DNA of 64,000 bases, taken from contig NC_068981.1 of assembly GCF_001194135.2 (NCBI RefSeq), positions 102,241,123 to 102,305,122 on the forward strand, written 5' to 3'. A program made the translations under genes and the position numbers. The DNA is from Octopus bimaculoides. Lineage: Eukaryota. The notes beneath the pieces are model-generated. The model worked only from the letters and a program-made list of their open reading frames with translations. It was not told the DNA's origin and searched no databases. Below, piece after piece: positions 12,176 to 24,865 of this stretch (within the stretch, counting starts at the first letter, position 1; every line of letters starts with the position of its first letter).

Positions 12176-12282
12176 TCACCACCACCATTACCACCATCAT
12201 GACCATCACTACCGCCACCACCATTATCACCACCAGCACCAGCACCAGCACCAGCACCACCATCACCGCCACCGCCGCTATC

Positions 12283-12314
<32 letters not shown>

Positions 12315-12672
12315 CAAACATCATCATCATTACCACAACCACCACCATTATCACCACTATTAACTTTACCACCATCACTTCATCATCATCATCATTACCA
12401 CCATCACTTCATCATCATCATCATCATTACCNNNNNNNNNNNNNNNNNNNNNNNNNNNNNNNNNNNNNNNNNNNNNNNTAGCAGAAAGGATTATCATTGT
12501 CATCCTCACCATAATCATCATCATCATCATCATCATGAACAGCAGCACAGCTACAACGTTATTAATGTAATAAAAAAGTCTTCATCATTGTCAAAAAACA
12601 TTGTCATTATCACCTATAGCAGAAAGGATTATCATTGTCATCCTCACCATAATCATCATCATCATCATCATC
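12055..12672. repeat. Compound (CAT)/(CAC)/(CAG)/(CAA) trinucleotide array containing a gap
   Basis: Direct reading. Confidence 0.95.
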
Positions 12673-12897
12673 ATTTGTTTCATTTTACGTTACTTTTTGC
12701 TTATTTGTTGTGGGATTGTTTGCCATGCCAACGGTTGTTGAACATGACTACAGCACTACCTGCATTAATTTGTCTGACTTTTACCTATTTATTCTCATCT
12801 CCTCTTTATTTCCTGTCTTCTTTGTTGCATGTGCATGAGCATATACATGCATGTAATAGCTCATATGTAGCTGTATCATATACATACATATATATAT

Positions 12898-12948
<51 letters not shown>

Positions 12949-13613
12949 NNNNNNNNNNNNNNNNNNNNNNNNNNNNNNNNNNNNNNNNNNNNNNNNNNNN
13001 NNNNNNNNNNNNNNNNNNNNNNNNNNNNNNNNNNNNNNNNNNNNNNNNNNNNNNNNNNNNNNNNNNNNNNNNNNNNNNNNNNNNNNNNNNNNNNNNNNNN
13101 NNNNNNNNNNNNNNNNNNNNNNNNNNNNNNNNNNNNNNNNNNNNNNNNNNNNNNNNNNNNNNNNNNNNNNNNNNNNNNNNNNNNNNNNNNNNNNNNNNNN
13201 NNNNNNNNNNNNNNNNNNNNNNNNNNNNNNNNNNNNNNNNNNNNNNNNNNNNNNNNNNNNNNNNNNNNNNNNNNNNNNNNNNNNNNNNNNNNNNNNNNNN
13301 NNNNNNNNNNNNNNNNNNNNNNNNNNNNNNNNNNNNNNNNNNNNNNNNNNNNNNNNNNNNNNNNNNNNNNNNNNNNNNNNNNNNNNNNNNNNNNNNNNNN
13401 NNNNNNNNNNNNNNNNNNNNNNNNNNNNNNNNNNNNNNNNNNNNNNNNNNNNNNNNNNNNNNNNNNNNNNNNNNNNNNNNNNNNNNNNNNNNNNNNNNNN
13501 NNNNNNNNNNNNNNNNNNNNNNNNNNNNNNNNNNNNNNNNNNNNNNNNNNNNNNNNNNNNNNNNNNNNNNNNNNNNNNNNNNNNNNNNNNNNNNNNNNNN
13601 NNNNNNNNNNNNN

Positions 13614-13677
<64 letters not shown>

Positions 13678-14011
13678 TTGCACATACATTCACACATATA
13701 CTTACATATATTGATGTATGCAAGCAAACACACAGAGACGTATATACTCCAGGCTGATCAATGGCTCTATTGAAAGCGACAATATAAATGAGGTCCTTCT
13801 TGCCACAGCATCTCTACAACCATTATCACAGTTATCCTTCTAAGATTTTACTCTGACAGATATCCTCTTCCCAATCTACAATAATGTTATACATATCATT
13901 GACAACAGGCCTCACCTCAACTGCATATCTAAAGATATTCATATCAGAACATAATAAGAAAAATCTTTTGAGAATCAGTGCATATATTCACTTCACTCCA
14001 CTACACACATA

Positions 14012-14892
14012 TGAGGTCTGATCAATAAGTATTCGGACTGTTGCCATAGTTACAAAGCTAAAGTATGTAGAGTAAAGACACTTGGCAAAGATTGACCTTG
14101 AACTCTGCTGTGCATGCACACTAAGTTTTAATGTTCTAGCTCACTTCTGCTGTTTACAGCAGTGCTTAGAAAATGTGTAGTGTGTGATTGTCACATAGAC
14201 CATAACAGAGAAAGTTATCATGGCGATACCTGCTCAGAGGCCTACACAAATTTGCAGAAAGTGTATAGAGAGGAGTGTATGAGCTGCACACAAGTGTACG
14301 AGTGGTTCAGACGTTTCCAAGATGGCCGAAAAAGTGTTGATATTGATGAACGTTCTGGGAAATCCGCAGCCAACAGAACTGAGAAAAACATTGCAGATGT
14401 GCATGCAGTTGTGAGGAGAAATCATCAAATCACCATCCGTGAGTTATCAGAGGATGTGCAGATTAGTTATGTTTCAGTTCAATCTATTATCACTGAAGAT
14501 TTGGATATGAGACGTATGTCTGCCAAATTTGTGCCAAAACTGCTTTCAGCTGATCAAAAAGACACTTGGGTTTCACTTGCACAAGATCTCCTCGATTGCA
14601 TCAAAATGGCTGAAAAACTTTGTAGAGGCCTCTGAGCAGGTATCGCCAAGCTTTTGGCGAAATTTGAAGCATATTCTCTGCTCAACTTTCTCTATCATGG
14701 TCAATGCAATGATCACATGCTACAGACGTTCCTTCCAAACACTACTGTAAACTGCGGGAGTGAGTTAGAATGTTAAGACTTAGTGCACATGCACAGCAGA
14801 GTCCAAGGTCAATCTGTGCTGAGTGGCTTTACTCTGCATGTTTTAGCTTCGTTAGTATGGCAACAGTTCGGATACTTATTGATCAGACCACG
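14012..14892 (+). mobile_element. Non-autonomous mariner derivative built from two inverted 5' ends; encodes only the HTH region
   Basis: TA flanks; TIR (T/C)G(A/T)GGTCTGATCAATAAGTAT. ORF 14162-14635 has mariner HTH motifs and AKFVPKLL but no catalytic domain. The right arm on the minus strand reads MIEKVEQRICFKFRQKLGDTCSEA. Confidence 0.85.
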
Positions 14893-15122
14893 TATATCAT
14901 CACAATCATCATCATCATCATTGTTTAACACTCACTTTTCTATTCTTTCCTGAGTCAGGTGGAATTTGTTGAGGCAAATTTTCTATGGGCTGAATGATTG
15001 CTTTCCCTGTCACAAACTCTCATTTGTTTCCAAGCATAAGGCAAAGTAATTCACCATGGGAGGCAGTTTCCATCTACCAAATCTCCTTGCATGACTTTGA
15101 TTAGGAACAAGTTTCTTAACAG

Positions 15123-15158
<36 letters not shown>

Positions 15159-15160
<2 letters not shown>

Positions 15161-15347
15161 AGGGGGTGCTGAAAAGTTCTTGGTTTTGGGTAAAAGAAAA
15201 TACAAGAGGATCAGTTAATTATGATTTCATTCAACATATTCCTCTCTCAAATTCACACACTTACTGCAGGGTCCTTCAGTTTTTCTAAGCCCTGTAAAAG
15301 TACTCAGACAATTGGGCCTCCAACCAGGCCTTTTGAGCACCCCTTCG
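15159..15347. mobile_element. Mariner-type MITE (~190 bp)
   Basis: TIR GAGGGGGTGCTGAAAAG / CTTTTGAGCACCCCTTCG with TA at the right end; second copy at 34893-35105. Confidence 0.75.
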
Positions 15348-15506
15348 TATATAGATACTTTTGAGCACCCCTTCGTATATAGATACTTTGTCTGCCATCT
15401 TGAAGAAGCTAAGATAGAATTGAACATATATAGTGTATGTTTATTCTTTCTATATCTTTTCTTTCATTTTGACTATAGATGAACTTCATTTAATCTATAA
15501 TTATTT

Positions 15507-15729
15507 ACTCTACTCTCTTTTACTCTTTTACTTGTTTCAGTCATTTGACTGTGGCCATGCTGGAGCACCGCCTTTAGCTGAGAAAATCGACCCCAGGACT
15601 TATTCTTTGTAAGCCTAGTACTTATTCTATCGGTCTCTTTTTTTTTTGCCAAACTGCTAAGTTACGAGGACATAAACACACCAGCATCGGTTGTCAAGCG
15701 ATGGTGGGGGGACAAACACAGACACACAA

Positions 15730-15760
<31 letters not shown>

Positions 15761-16048
15761 CACAAACACACATATATATATATATATATATACATATATA
15801 CGATGGGCTTCTTTCAGTTTCTGTCTACCAAATCCATTCACAAGGCTTTGGTCAGCCCGAGGCTATAGTAGAAAACACTTGCNNNNNNNNNNTTAGCTGA
15901 GAAAATCGACCCCAGGACTTATTCTTTGTAAGCCTAGTACTTATTCTATCGGTCTCTTTTTTTTTTGCCAAACTGCTAAGTTACGAGGACATAAACACAC
16001 CAGCATCGGTTGTCAAGCGATGGTGGGGGGACAAACACAGACACACAA

Positions 16049-16079
<31 letters not shown>

Positions 16080-16285
16080 CACAAACACACATATATATAT
16101 ATATATATATACATATATACGATGGGCTTCTTTCAGTTTCTGTCTACCAAATCCATTCACAAGGCTTTGGTCAGCCCGAGGCTATAGTAGAAAACACTTG
16201 CCCAAGGTGCCATGCAATGGAACTGAACCCGGAACCATGTGGTTGGTAAGCAAGCTACTTACCACTTAGCCACTCCTGTGCCTAC
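15507..16285 (-). mobile_element. SINE family A, with ~310 bp duplicated across a 10-N gap (assembly artefact)
   Basis: Identical sequence on both sides of the gap at 15883-15892. Confidence 0.85.
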
Positions 16286-16510
16286 ATTGTTGAACAGTTT
16301 TATGTAAAATACTTTGTTTGGATGAATTAAAATATACTTACTGAATTCCATGTGTCTAGTTAACACATTTAAACACATAGATAAAGGGGAATTCTTTTGA
16401 TAAATATGCTAGTGCTGGTGATATGACATTACATAATGTGCCATAATCAGCACAGTACATTACGGCACATTATATAATGTGAATGGTGTTAGCCATAGAA
16501 ACCATGCCAA

Positions 16511-17316
16511 CCACAGCTAATGTGGCCTTAAATCACCCCAAAAACATTTTTTTTTTTTTGCATAATCGTATGAATTCCGGTGTGTAGAACACAAATTCAC
16601 AAACATTTTCTGGAAATTCCCCAAAATAATGTGGATGGTGTTAGCCATAGAAACTGTGCCAAAAAAGAAAAAATGAAGCATCCATGTAAGATGTGGATTT
16701 TGTTAGCCACTTTGTAAGGTACCCAGCTAGAAGAACAAAAACTTCAAATAAGAGCCTACGCCAGTAAAATAAACATTAGAATTCTGGTTGAAGCACCTGA
16801 TATAACCTTTCATAACTTCTTTTATTTTTTGGAATTTTTAGAAAAGTTTTGCAAATTTGTGTTTTACACACAGGAATTCATATAATTATGCAAAAAAAAG
16901 TAAAGTGCTTTTTGTGTGATTTAAGGGTGATTTAGCTGTTGTTTTTAGCACATTTCATGAGCACATGATACCTTCCTTGTTTTTTTTTTTGACACTCTGA
17001 CATGTATTGATGTTTTTCAATATTTTTCTCCCCATAAAAACATTTGATAGAATGATGATGCACCCAAGAGTGGTCCATTGCTGAGTAAGAAATTTGGACT
17101 GTCTGTATTTTAAAAACTCTTAATTAAAAAAACTAATTAAAAATTGAGTGGAAATTTTAGGATTTATGTGGTGGTGGGAGTTAAAAAATAAAAAAAAAGG
17201 GGTTTTTTTTTTCATAATTGTATGAATTCCCAAATGTAGAATGCAAATTTGCAAAAATTTTCTGAAAATTCCAAAACATAAAAAAGTTATGAGTTGGGGT
17301 GCTTAAACCAGAATTC
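16511..17316. mobile_element. Unclassified foldback element with three alternating copies of a ~120 bp arm
   Basis: 16779-16901 is the reverse complement of ~17200-17316; 16511-16630 is the reverse complement of ~16825-16945. Confidence 0.55.
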
Positions 17317-18715
17317 TTCCAAAGAAACTATGACATGTTATAATGTAGATTAGGTTGTCTGATTCGCCAGAGAGGAGGTTTCGAATTTTAAAGGTAGGGT
17401 CCACTTTGAAATTAGGACCTAACAATAGTTAGCTATATAATGTATAGTTTGGTTAGTTACATTTACTTACTTTAGGGTCAGCCATTTGAGTATGCAGCTT
17501 TGCATTGGTCAATATTCCTTTTAGTGATTTTATTTGCCTGTTGCATTTTATAATTTGATGCTTTCCCTAGACTTTATTCATATGTTGTTCCTGTAGTGAT
17601 ATTGGTAGGTTTAGATATATGTTGGTGACAAAATTGGTGTTTCTTGAGTAAAAAGTTGAAATATATGGGATGGTATTTTTCTCTTGGGTTTTGTTGTTTG
17701 AGGTTCTTGAATGTTTGGCTTTCTGAATAGCAAATTCAATCAATTTTAATGGGGCTATTTTCTAATTATAAGTATTTCCTTCATTTTGTCAAATCTTGTC
17801 TCTTGCTTCAGGGTTTGATACAATTGTGTAAATTGGTTTGGTTAGATTGAATAGGTTGTTGTTTCATATGTGCTTTGGGTGACATGCTGTGAAGAGGAGG
17901 TGTAGTTGTGACTTGCTGGGTTTAGTAAAGATTGGTTTCAAGTAGTGAATATGTTCTTGTTATTAGAATGTCTAAAATGGGGAGTTTATCTGCTAAATTC
18001 CATGGTGATTTTTATTGTTTATAAGATTTTATCATGGTTTCAGTTTGACAGCATTTTCCCTCCATAAAATGAAACAACCATCGAGAAATCTCTTCCATTT
18101 TCCTTTCAAAAAACAGCTGAATTCTCCAAAAGTTAAAAAAATATTGTCATAGATATTTATTTTATGATATCCCATGGCCAAGTTGGAATATGTGGTGGTA
18201 ACGTTTGTTCCCATGGCCATTGCAGACATTTGTCAATAGACTGTGTTATTGAATACAAGGTAGTTGTTTACGAACTGGAGGCCATCATCAACAAATTTTC
18301 TATCTATATGTTCTGATATTTCATATGGAAATGAGTCTAGCCTATATTCTATAGCTTCAATTCTGTAACTGTGAGGAATGTTGCTATAGAGTTCACAACA
18401 TCAAATGTTACAATATAGCTGTTTTCATTTATTGTCCGTATCATCTCATATGAAGTTCTTTATATGTTTGAAGTGGGGTTTTTAGCAGAATGTCTAGGAA
18501 ATTACTTAGGCAATGTGTTTTGTATGGTGGTCTTGCTGCAATGGGTTTCAGTCTTAGATCTGGTGGTAGAATATCAACACAACTAGTTTCTGCTCCTTTA
18601 TATTTTTCATTGATTAGTTTATTCTTATGCATTTTAGATGCTTGTTTCATATTTGAAACTTTATGTCTGAAATTTGTTCTTTGCCAGTCAGACAAATTTG
18701 ATATGGATGTAGTAA
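17317..18715 (-). mobile_element. Penelope-like retroelement (Neptune-like), decayed RT plus start of the GIY-YIG domain
   Basis: Minus-strand motifs LSNFLDILLK, SFDVVN, AMAMGTNVTTTYSNLAMG, KWKRFLDGCFILW (the DD motif mutated) and NLIYIITCHS. Confidence 0.8.
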
Positions 18716-18870
18716 GGTGGTAAGTAGTTTTATAATTTTTGTAGGGAGCTGCATTTTGTCTTTGTTTAGGATAAAGTTTACTTTTGTGTATATGTGTGTG
18801 TGTGTGTGTGTATGTGTGTGTGTGTNNNNNNNNNNAAAGTTTACTTTTGTGTATATGTGTGTGTGTGTGT

Positions 18871-18906
<36 letters not shown>

Positions 18907-19981
18907 GTGCATGTGTGCGTGTGTGTGTGTGTGTGTGTGCATGTACTTGCTATGTTACAGCTTGTGAGAGTATGTATTTTTATCGGCTCTCTTCATAATT
19001 ATAGTTAGCAACATCTTTATTGTACCTGTTAACTTCACCTTCTCATCTTGCTACTCATGAGCATTATTATCATAATAAATTTATTTCACCTCTGCCTCTC
19101 TCTGCTTCCTTTGCATCATTTGATATGCACGTTTTCTTTCCATGAAGTTCTTTTATGACATAATTCCACTGAAACCATATTTCTCTGAGTACAATACAAT
19201 CTCATATATAATATGACCCCAACTTTTTATACCTAAAAATCAGTGATGTATTTTATCCTATTAAATTTTTTGGAAACTCAAGTATGATGTTATACACTAA
19301 TTTTGATCCCTACTTATTGTATTAAATTCCTTGTATTAATACAGAAGTAATTATTATACATCTTTATAGTTTTTTTTGTTGTGTATTTTGATGCAATATT
19401 ATCTGGTGTTCTCTAGCAGAGAGTTCATACAAAGGAGATAACCATTTCCTCAATATTTTGTGTGATTAGAAGTTTGAATTTGAAGTTAAGGAATAAGGGA
19501 AGAAATACATAGAATATACATATTAATTTTTTTTAGTTGTTACTTACGAAATTTTGAAATTTTCTAATCAGCAGTAATTATGTATAGCACTATTTCATTC
19601 TTTTTAGAAATCTTCAACATGACATAATTTGTGCTATATTAATTAAATATTTATGAAGTGAAACATTTGGTATAGAAGGAACCCATTCTTTGTAATAATC
19701 TGTACTAAATTTATTCTACAAAGATTTTGTAGCTTTTTGCTAAAATATTCTTATTTAAATATAAACCAAATCAAAGAACAGGAAAAAACAAAACAAAACA
19801 GAGTGATGAAAGCTGTTACTATATTGTAGGAACCAAAAAATAAATGGATTCACTGTTCTGGCTTTAATGAGGTCTAATTTTGAAATAAAACATTTTGAAT
19901 GTGGCGTAACATACCAACAAACTGCTATGATATGTAAAGAAAAGTATAGCATAATGAGAAGTAGTATGAAATTTATCATTA

Positions 19982-20113
19982 AAATCAGTCGATAAATATT
20001 GAGACAATCTTGAAGTTCTTCATGCTTATTGATTTATGGTTTAGTACTGTACTTGTGCCTTTGATCAGTGTAGCTTCTTTGATATGCAAGTTTCTGATAT
20101 TCTTATCAAGAAC
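19982..20113 (-). mobile_element. Possible PLE GIY-YIG C-terminal fragment
   Basis: NIRNLHIKEATLIKGTSTVLNHK resembles the PLE KEA.LI...P.LN motif; short and old. Confidence 0.35.
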
Positions 20114-20867
20114 CTTAAATCCAAAAAAAAAAAAAGAAAAAAGAAAAAAAAGAAGAAGAATTCAAGCCTCTGTAATATTTCTTTATCATGAAAGGAAAAA
20201 CGACACATTGACATGAATTATTGATTTCTTACATATGTAAGAAGCCAGAAATTTAGCAGAGGAAGAGGAAGGCAACAGTTGAATATATCAACGCTTGGAA
20301 CATGGCTGTTATTTAACTTTAACGAATCCAGAATGATGAAAGGCAATTTCAACTTAAGCAAGATTTGAACTCAGAATGTAAAGAGCCATAACTAAATACT
20401 ACAATTCATTTCTTAGGAATTTGCTAATCTATCACTATTATATGACTAAATTAATGTAAACGATGTGAAAACTGCAGAAATGTAGTGTTGTGTGCTAAGA
20501 TAGTTAGACAGAGCTTGATACTCATATCAGTCCATAAGATTAGAATCTTTTCATATCTGTTGATTTGGAGTTTTAAAAATAAGCTTATAATATAGTAGCT
20601 GGTTGATAGAATTTGTAGAACATGGAGGAAATACTTTGTGGTATTTGGTTATGATCTGCTATTTTCTGAGTTGAAAAACTCACAGATTGACTTTGTTTCT
20701 TTCTCTTTCCAGGTACGAAACAAAATTTTGTTGGTGATAAAATTGATTATAAGACTTTGGTTAATTATAACCAGTAAAAGAATATAGTTCCTTTAATGTA
20801 CGAGTTTCTCTGCTCCACTGTGGCTTTTATGTGAGCAATTGAGTTGCAGATATTTCTAATATGATGA

Positions 20868-21095
<228 letters not shown>

Positions 21096-21371
21096 CATGA
21101 ATGAAGAATTAAGCACAGAGAACAAGTTAAACAAATAGAATATGGAGAAACTTTTTTGTCAGTTCAGACATTGACTTATGCTCACAAATATACACCACAA
21201 ACCTCTTTCAGTTTCTGTCAATCAGCTCCAATTATAAAACCTGAGGCTTTTGTATCAGAAAATTGCCCAAGGTGCCATTTAATAGGACTAAACCCAAATT
21301 GGAGTATGAAATACTTAACCACACAGCCATGTCTATGCATGTGTGTGTGTATGTGTGTGTGTGTATATATA

Positions 21372-21720
21372 ATGGGTAAAAACCTCCTTCAGTCATGAAT
21401 GACCATGGAATTGCACCTAGAAACTTACCCTTCAAGGTACAAGTCTGGGCAAGGTTGTTTATGGTAGACCAGCAGTCACCCATGCATACCACCCTCTCCT
21501 CTTTACGCCACTGATGTTATCCAAGGAAAAGGCAAAGGCTGATTCAGTTTGGCACCAGTGATGTTGCAACTCGTTTCTACAGCTGAGTGAACTGGAGCTT
21601 GCTCATGTTTCACTACAGCTGAGTGAAGTGTCTTGCTCAAGACCACACAACACACAGCCTGGTCTAGGAATCAAACTCACTACCACATAATTGTGAGCCT
21701 GACACTAATCATTGTGCCAT
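21372..21720 (-). mobile_element. tRNA-headed SINE, family D
   Basis: Aligns with 2660-2985. Confidence 0.75.
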
Positions 21721-21725
21721 TTATA

Positions 21726-21771
<46 letters not shown>

Positions 21772-21777
21772 TATGTA

Positions 21778-22096
21778 GGGGAGGGCTCTGAAAAGGGTCT
21801 CAGGGTTCCTGCCTTCCTGAGCTAGTTTTCCACCACATTTCTTAAAAATCATGGTAGAGGCCTTGGGACCACTCATGTCTAGAAACTGAGGTTGGAGGTA
21901 AGCAAGGGCATGCTCTCTGTAGAAAATCCTGCTCCAAAAATGCCTCATGATAGCAAAAGAGAGTGGGCACTAGCCAGCACAAACGTTGGGGGTGGGCTGC
22001 ACCTGCCTACCTCGTTTGCTATGGCATTGAGGTAGATCCGGCCACCATCGTTAACGGGGACAAAACCCGGATTTAAAACACTGGAAGATGATGATG

Positions 22097-22098
<2 letters not shown>
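21778..22098 (+). mobile_element. Unclassified retroposon 3' end with (GAT)n tail
   Basis: GC-richer, CpG-retaining segment ending GGATTTAAAACACTGGAAGATGATGATGAT between microsatellites. Confidence 0.45.
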
Positions 22099-22133
<35 letters not shown>

Positions 22134-22966
22134 CATATATGTGTGTGCATGTGTATGTGTGTGTATATATATGTGTGTGTATATATATGTGTGTGTGTGT
22201 GTGTACACACACACACTTGTACACACACATATAGAGATAGGTAAACTGCATGTATTTAAAACTACCTTTATTAAAATTCCATTTTCAAAATTCATAGCTT
22301 TAAAAAATTTGTGCATGGTTCCAAACACCATAGATGATAGAACAATTATTTATTGTTTCTCATTTAAATTTATTTATGATTTGAAAATCTTCAGGTTTAT
22401 GCTTCATAAATTGGATTGTAAATTTGTAAATGTTCAGACATATATCAAGTATTATAAAAATTAACAATCTAATTTATAGATCATAATACTTGCTTTGTGG
22501 ACGCCTCCAGATGATAAGTAGGCTAGTCCAATACGTATAAATTGTGGATGTGATAGCTAATCATAGAAGCATCGCATAGAGTGAGCCAGAGCTGTCGGTA
22601 GACCAGACGTCAAGTTCTGTTGAGTTGAGTCGTCGGAAGTGAGAGTTCGGTAGTTGAGTAGAGGTACATTATTGGCAAAGGCACACCATCCGAAAATGTG
22701 ATATAACAATACTCAAATAGTTTAGAAGTATAAATATATCTAAAAGTGAAACAATGAATAAATAATTATCCAACTCCCAGGTATTTATAATGTGGTACTA
22801 ACTTTCTAACAAGATAATTTTTAAATGAGAAATTTGAATAAAGACAGTTTTCTAGTATATACTCTCAATATATTTTGTACAGATTATATTTATCTGCAGC
22901 TGCTAGAAAAGTGTTGCGAGTAAATATGATTTAATATCTAGATAGATAATTTAACTCTGAAATAGT

Positions 22967-23288
22967 TTTATCTTTTATCTTTTACTTGTTTCAGTCATTT
23001 GACTGCAGCCATGATGAGGCACTGTTATGAAGGGTTTTAGTTGAATAAACCGACCCCAGGACTTATTTTTGGTAACCTTAGTACCTATTTTATTTGTCTC
23101 TTTTGCCAAACCACTAAGTTATGGGGACATAAACACATCAACACTATGTAATGTAATGTAATATAAAGCTGAAGCAAATTAAGACCAAATATACAGTGCA
23201 TGTGTTTTTATTGGCTAAACTGGCAATATGACCAACCCCAAATACAACATCTGTTTCAACACACGATTTCACATCAAAAATCTTGCAA

Positions 23289-23326
<38 letters not shown>

Positions 23327-24120
23327 NNNNNNNNNNNNNNNNNNNNNNNNNNNNNNNNNNNNNNNNNNNNNNNNNNNNNNNNNNNNNNNNNNNNNNNNNN
23401 NNNNNNNNNNNNNNNNNNNNNNNNNNNNNNNNNNNNNNNNNNNNNNNNNNNNNNNNNNNNNNNNNNNNNNNNNNNNNNNNNNNNNNNNNNNNNNNNNNNN
23501 NNNNNNNNNNNNNNNNNNNNNNNNNNNNNNNNNNNNNNNNNNNNNNNNNNNNNNNNNNNNNNNNNNNNNNNNNNNNNNNNNNNNNNNNNNNNNNNNNNNN
23601 NNNNNNNNNNNNNNNNNNNNNNNNNNNNNNNNNNNNNNNNNNNNNNNNNNNNNNNNNNNNNNNNNNNNNNNNNNNNNNNNNNNNNNNNNNNNNNNNNNNN
23701 NNNNNNNNNNNNNNNNNNNNNNNNNNNNNNNNNNNNNNNNNNNNNNNNNNNNNNNNNNNNNNNNNNNNNNNNNNNNNNNNNNNNNNNNNNNNNNNNNNNN
23801 NNNNNNNNNNNNNNNNNNNNNNNNNNNNNNNNNNNNNNNNNNNNNNNNNNNNNNNNNNNNNNNNNNNNNNNNNNNNNNNNNNNNNNNNNNNNNNNNNNNN
23901 NNNNNNNNNNNNNNNNNNNNNNNNNNNNNNNNNNNNNNNNNNNNNNNNNNNNNNNNNNNNNNNNNNNNNNNNNNNNNNNNNNNNNNNNNNNNNNNNNNNN
24001 NNNNNNNNNNNNNNNNNNNNNNNNNNNNNNNNNNNNNNNNNNNNNNNNNNNNNNNNNNNNNNNNNNNNNNNNNNNNNNNNNNNNNNNNNNNNNNNNNNNN
24101 NNNNNNNNNNNNNNNNNNNN

Positions 24121-24179
<59 letters not shown>

Positions 24180-24326
24180 GGCTTCTTTCAGTTTCTCTCC
24201 ACCAAATCTACTCAGAAGGCTTTGGTTAGCCCAAGGCTATAGTAGAAGACACTTGCCCAAGGTGTCGCATAGTGGGACTGAACTCAGAACCATGTGGTTT
24301 GGAAGCAAGCTTCTTACCACACACAG
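22967..24326 (-). mobile_element. SINE family A tail (22967-23145) and head (24140-24326) on either side of a gap
   Basis: Both pieces match family A; whether they are one copy is unresolved because of the gap. Confidence 0.65.
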
Positions 24327-24865
24327 TTATTTTCTATCTTCCACTGTATTCAGAACTGCATATATACACACACATACATAGTACCTGTCAAGTCCTAGAC
24401 GCATATGACCATCACTAACAAATTATCTTATGCTAAATGTTAAAGACAATGACTGTTAGCATTGTCTTTGCTGAAATAACAGCTTGAAAAACACCTCTAA
24501 GACTTTCACCTACAAATCCAAGTTGTCTAGAAACAAACAAAAGCAAGACCTCTGGCTTCACCATGAAGTGGGTGCTTCTTCCAAATTTCCTCCTCCTAGA
24601 GAGATGTCTAGACATAGACTATCAGTCCCTCCCACCTAGTTGTTGGATAGCTGTTGACTCATTTGAGTTCATCTGTCCTTTGACAGGTTTTGTTTCCCAT
24701 TCTGCAAAGTGTTTAGTGGAAACCACTCTCCTTAACAAACAGGTTTGGTAGTTTGCTGGTTTAGTCACTGATGGCTCAACCTTGTAACATGTTGTACTAG
24801 GTTACATGTTGCCGGTAGCACATTAAAGCATGAAGTTAGCTGTGTTTATTGTTCATTTAACACAT

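Noticed and set aside
15566-16201. ~310-bp exact tandem duplication; similar cases at 18776-18885, 51370-51570 and 52240-52385
   Set aside because: Each flanks a 10-N gap, typical of unmerged contig overlaps.
20113-20160. Strong minus-strand polypyrimidine tract plus AG as a splice acceptor
   Set aside because: The downstream frame looks like a PLE endonuclease tail and has no clear donor; the tract is a simple A-rich repeat.
22505-22545. CAGATGA...GTCC-AATA-CGTA as a hammerhead
   Set aside because: Three core mismatches and no helix I pairing.
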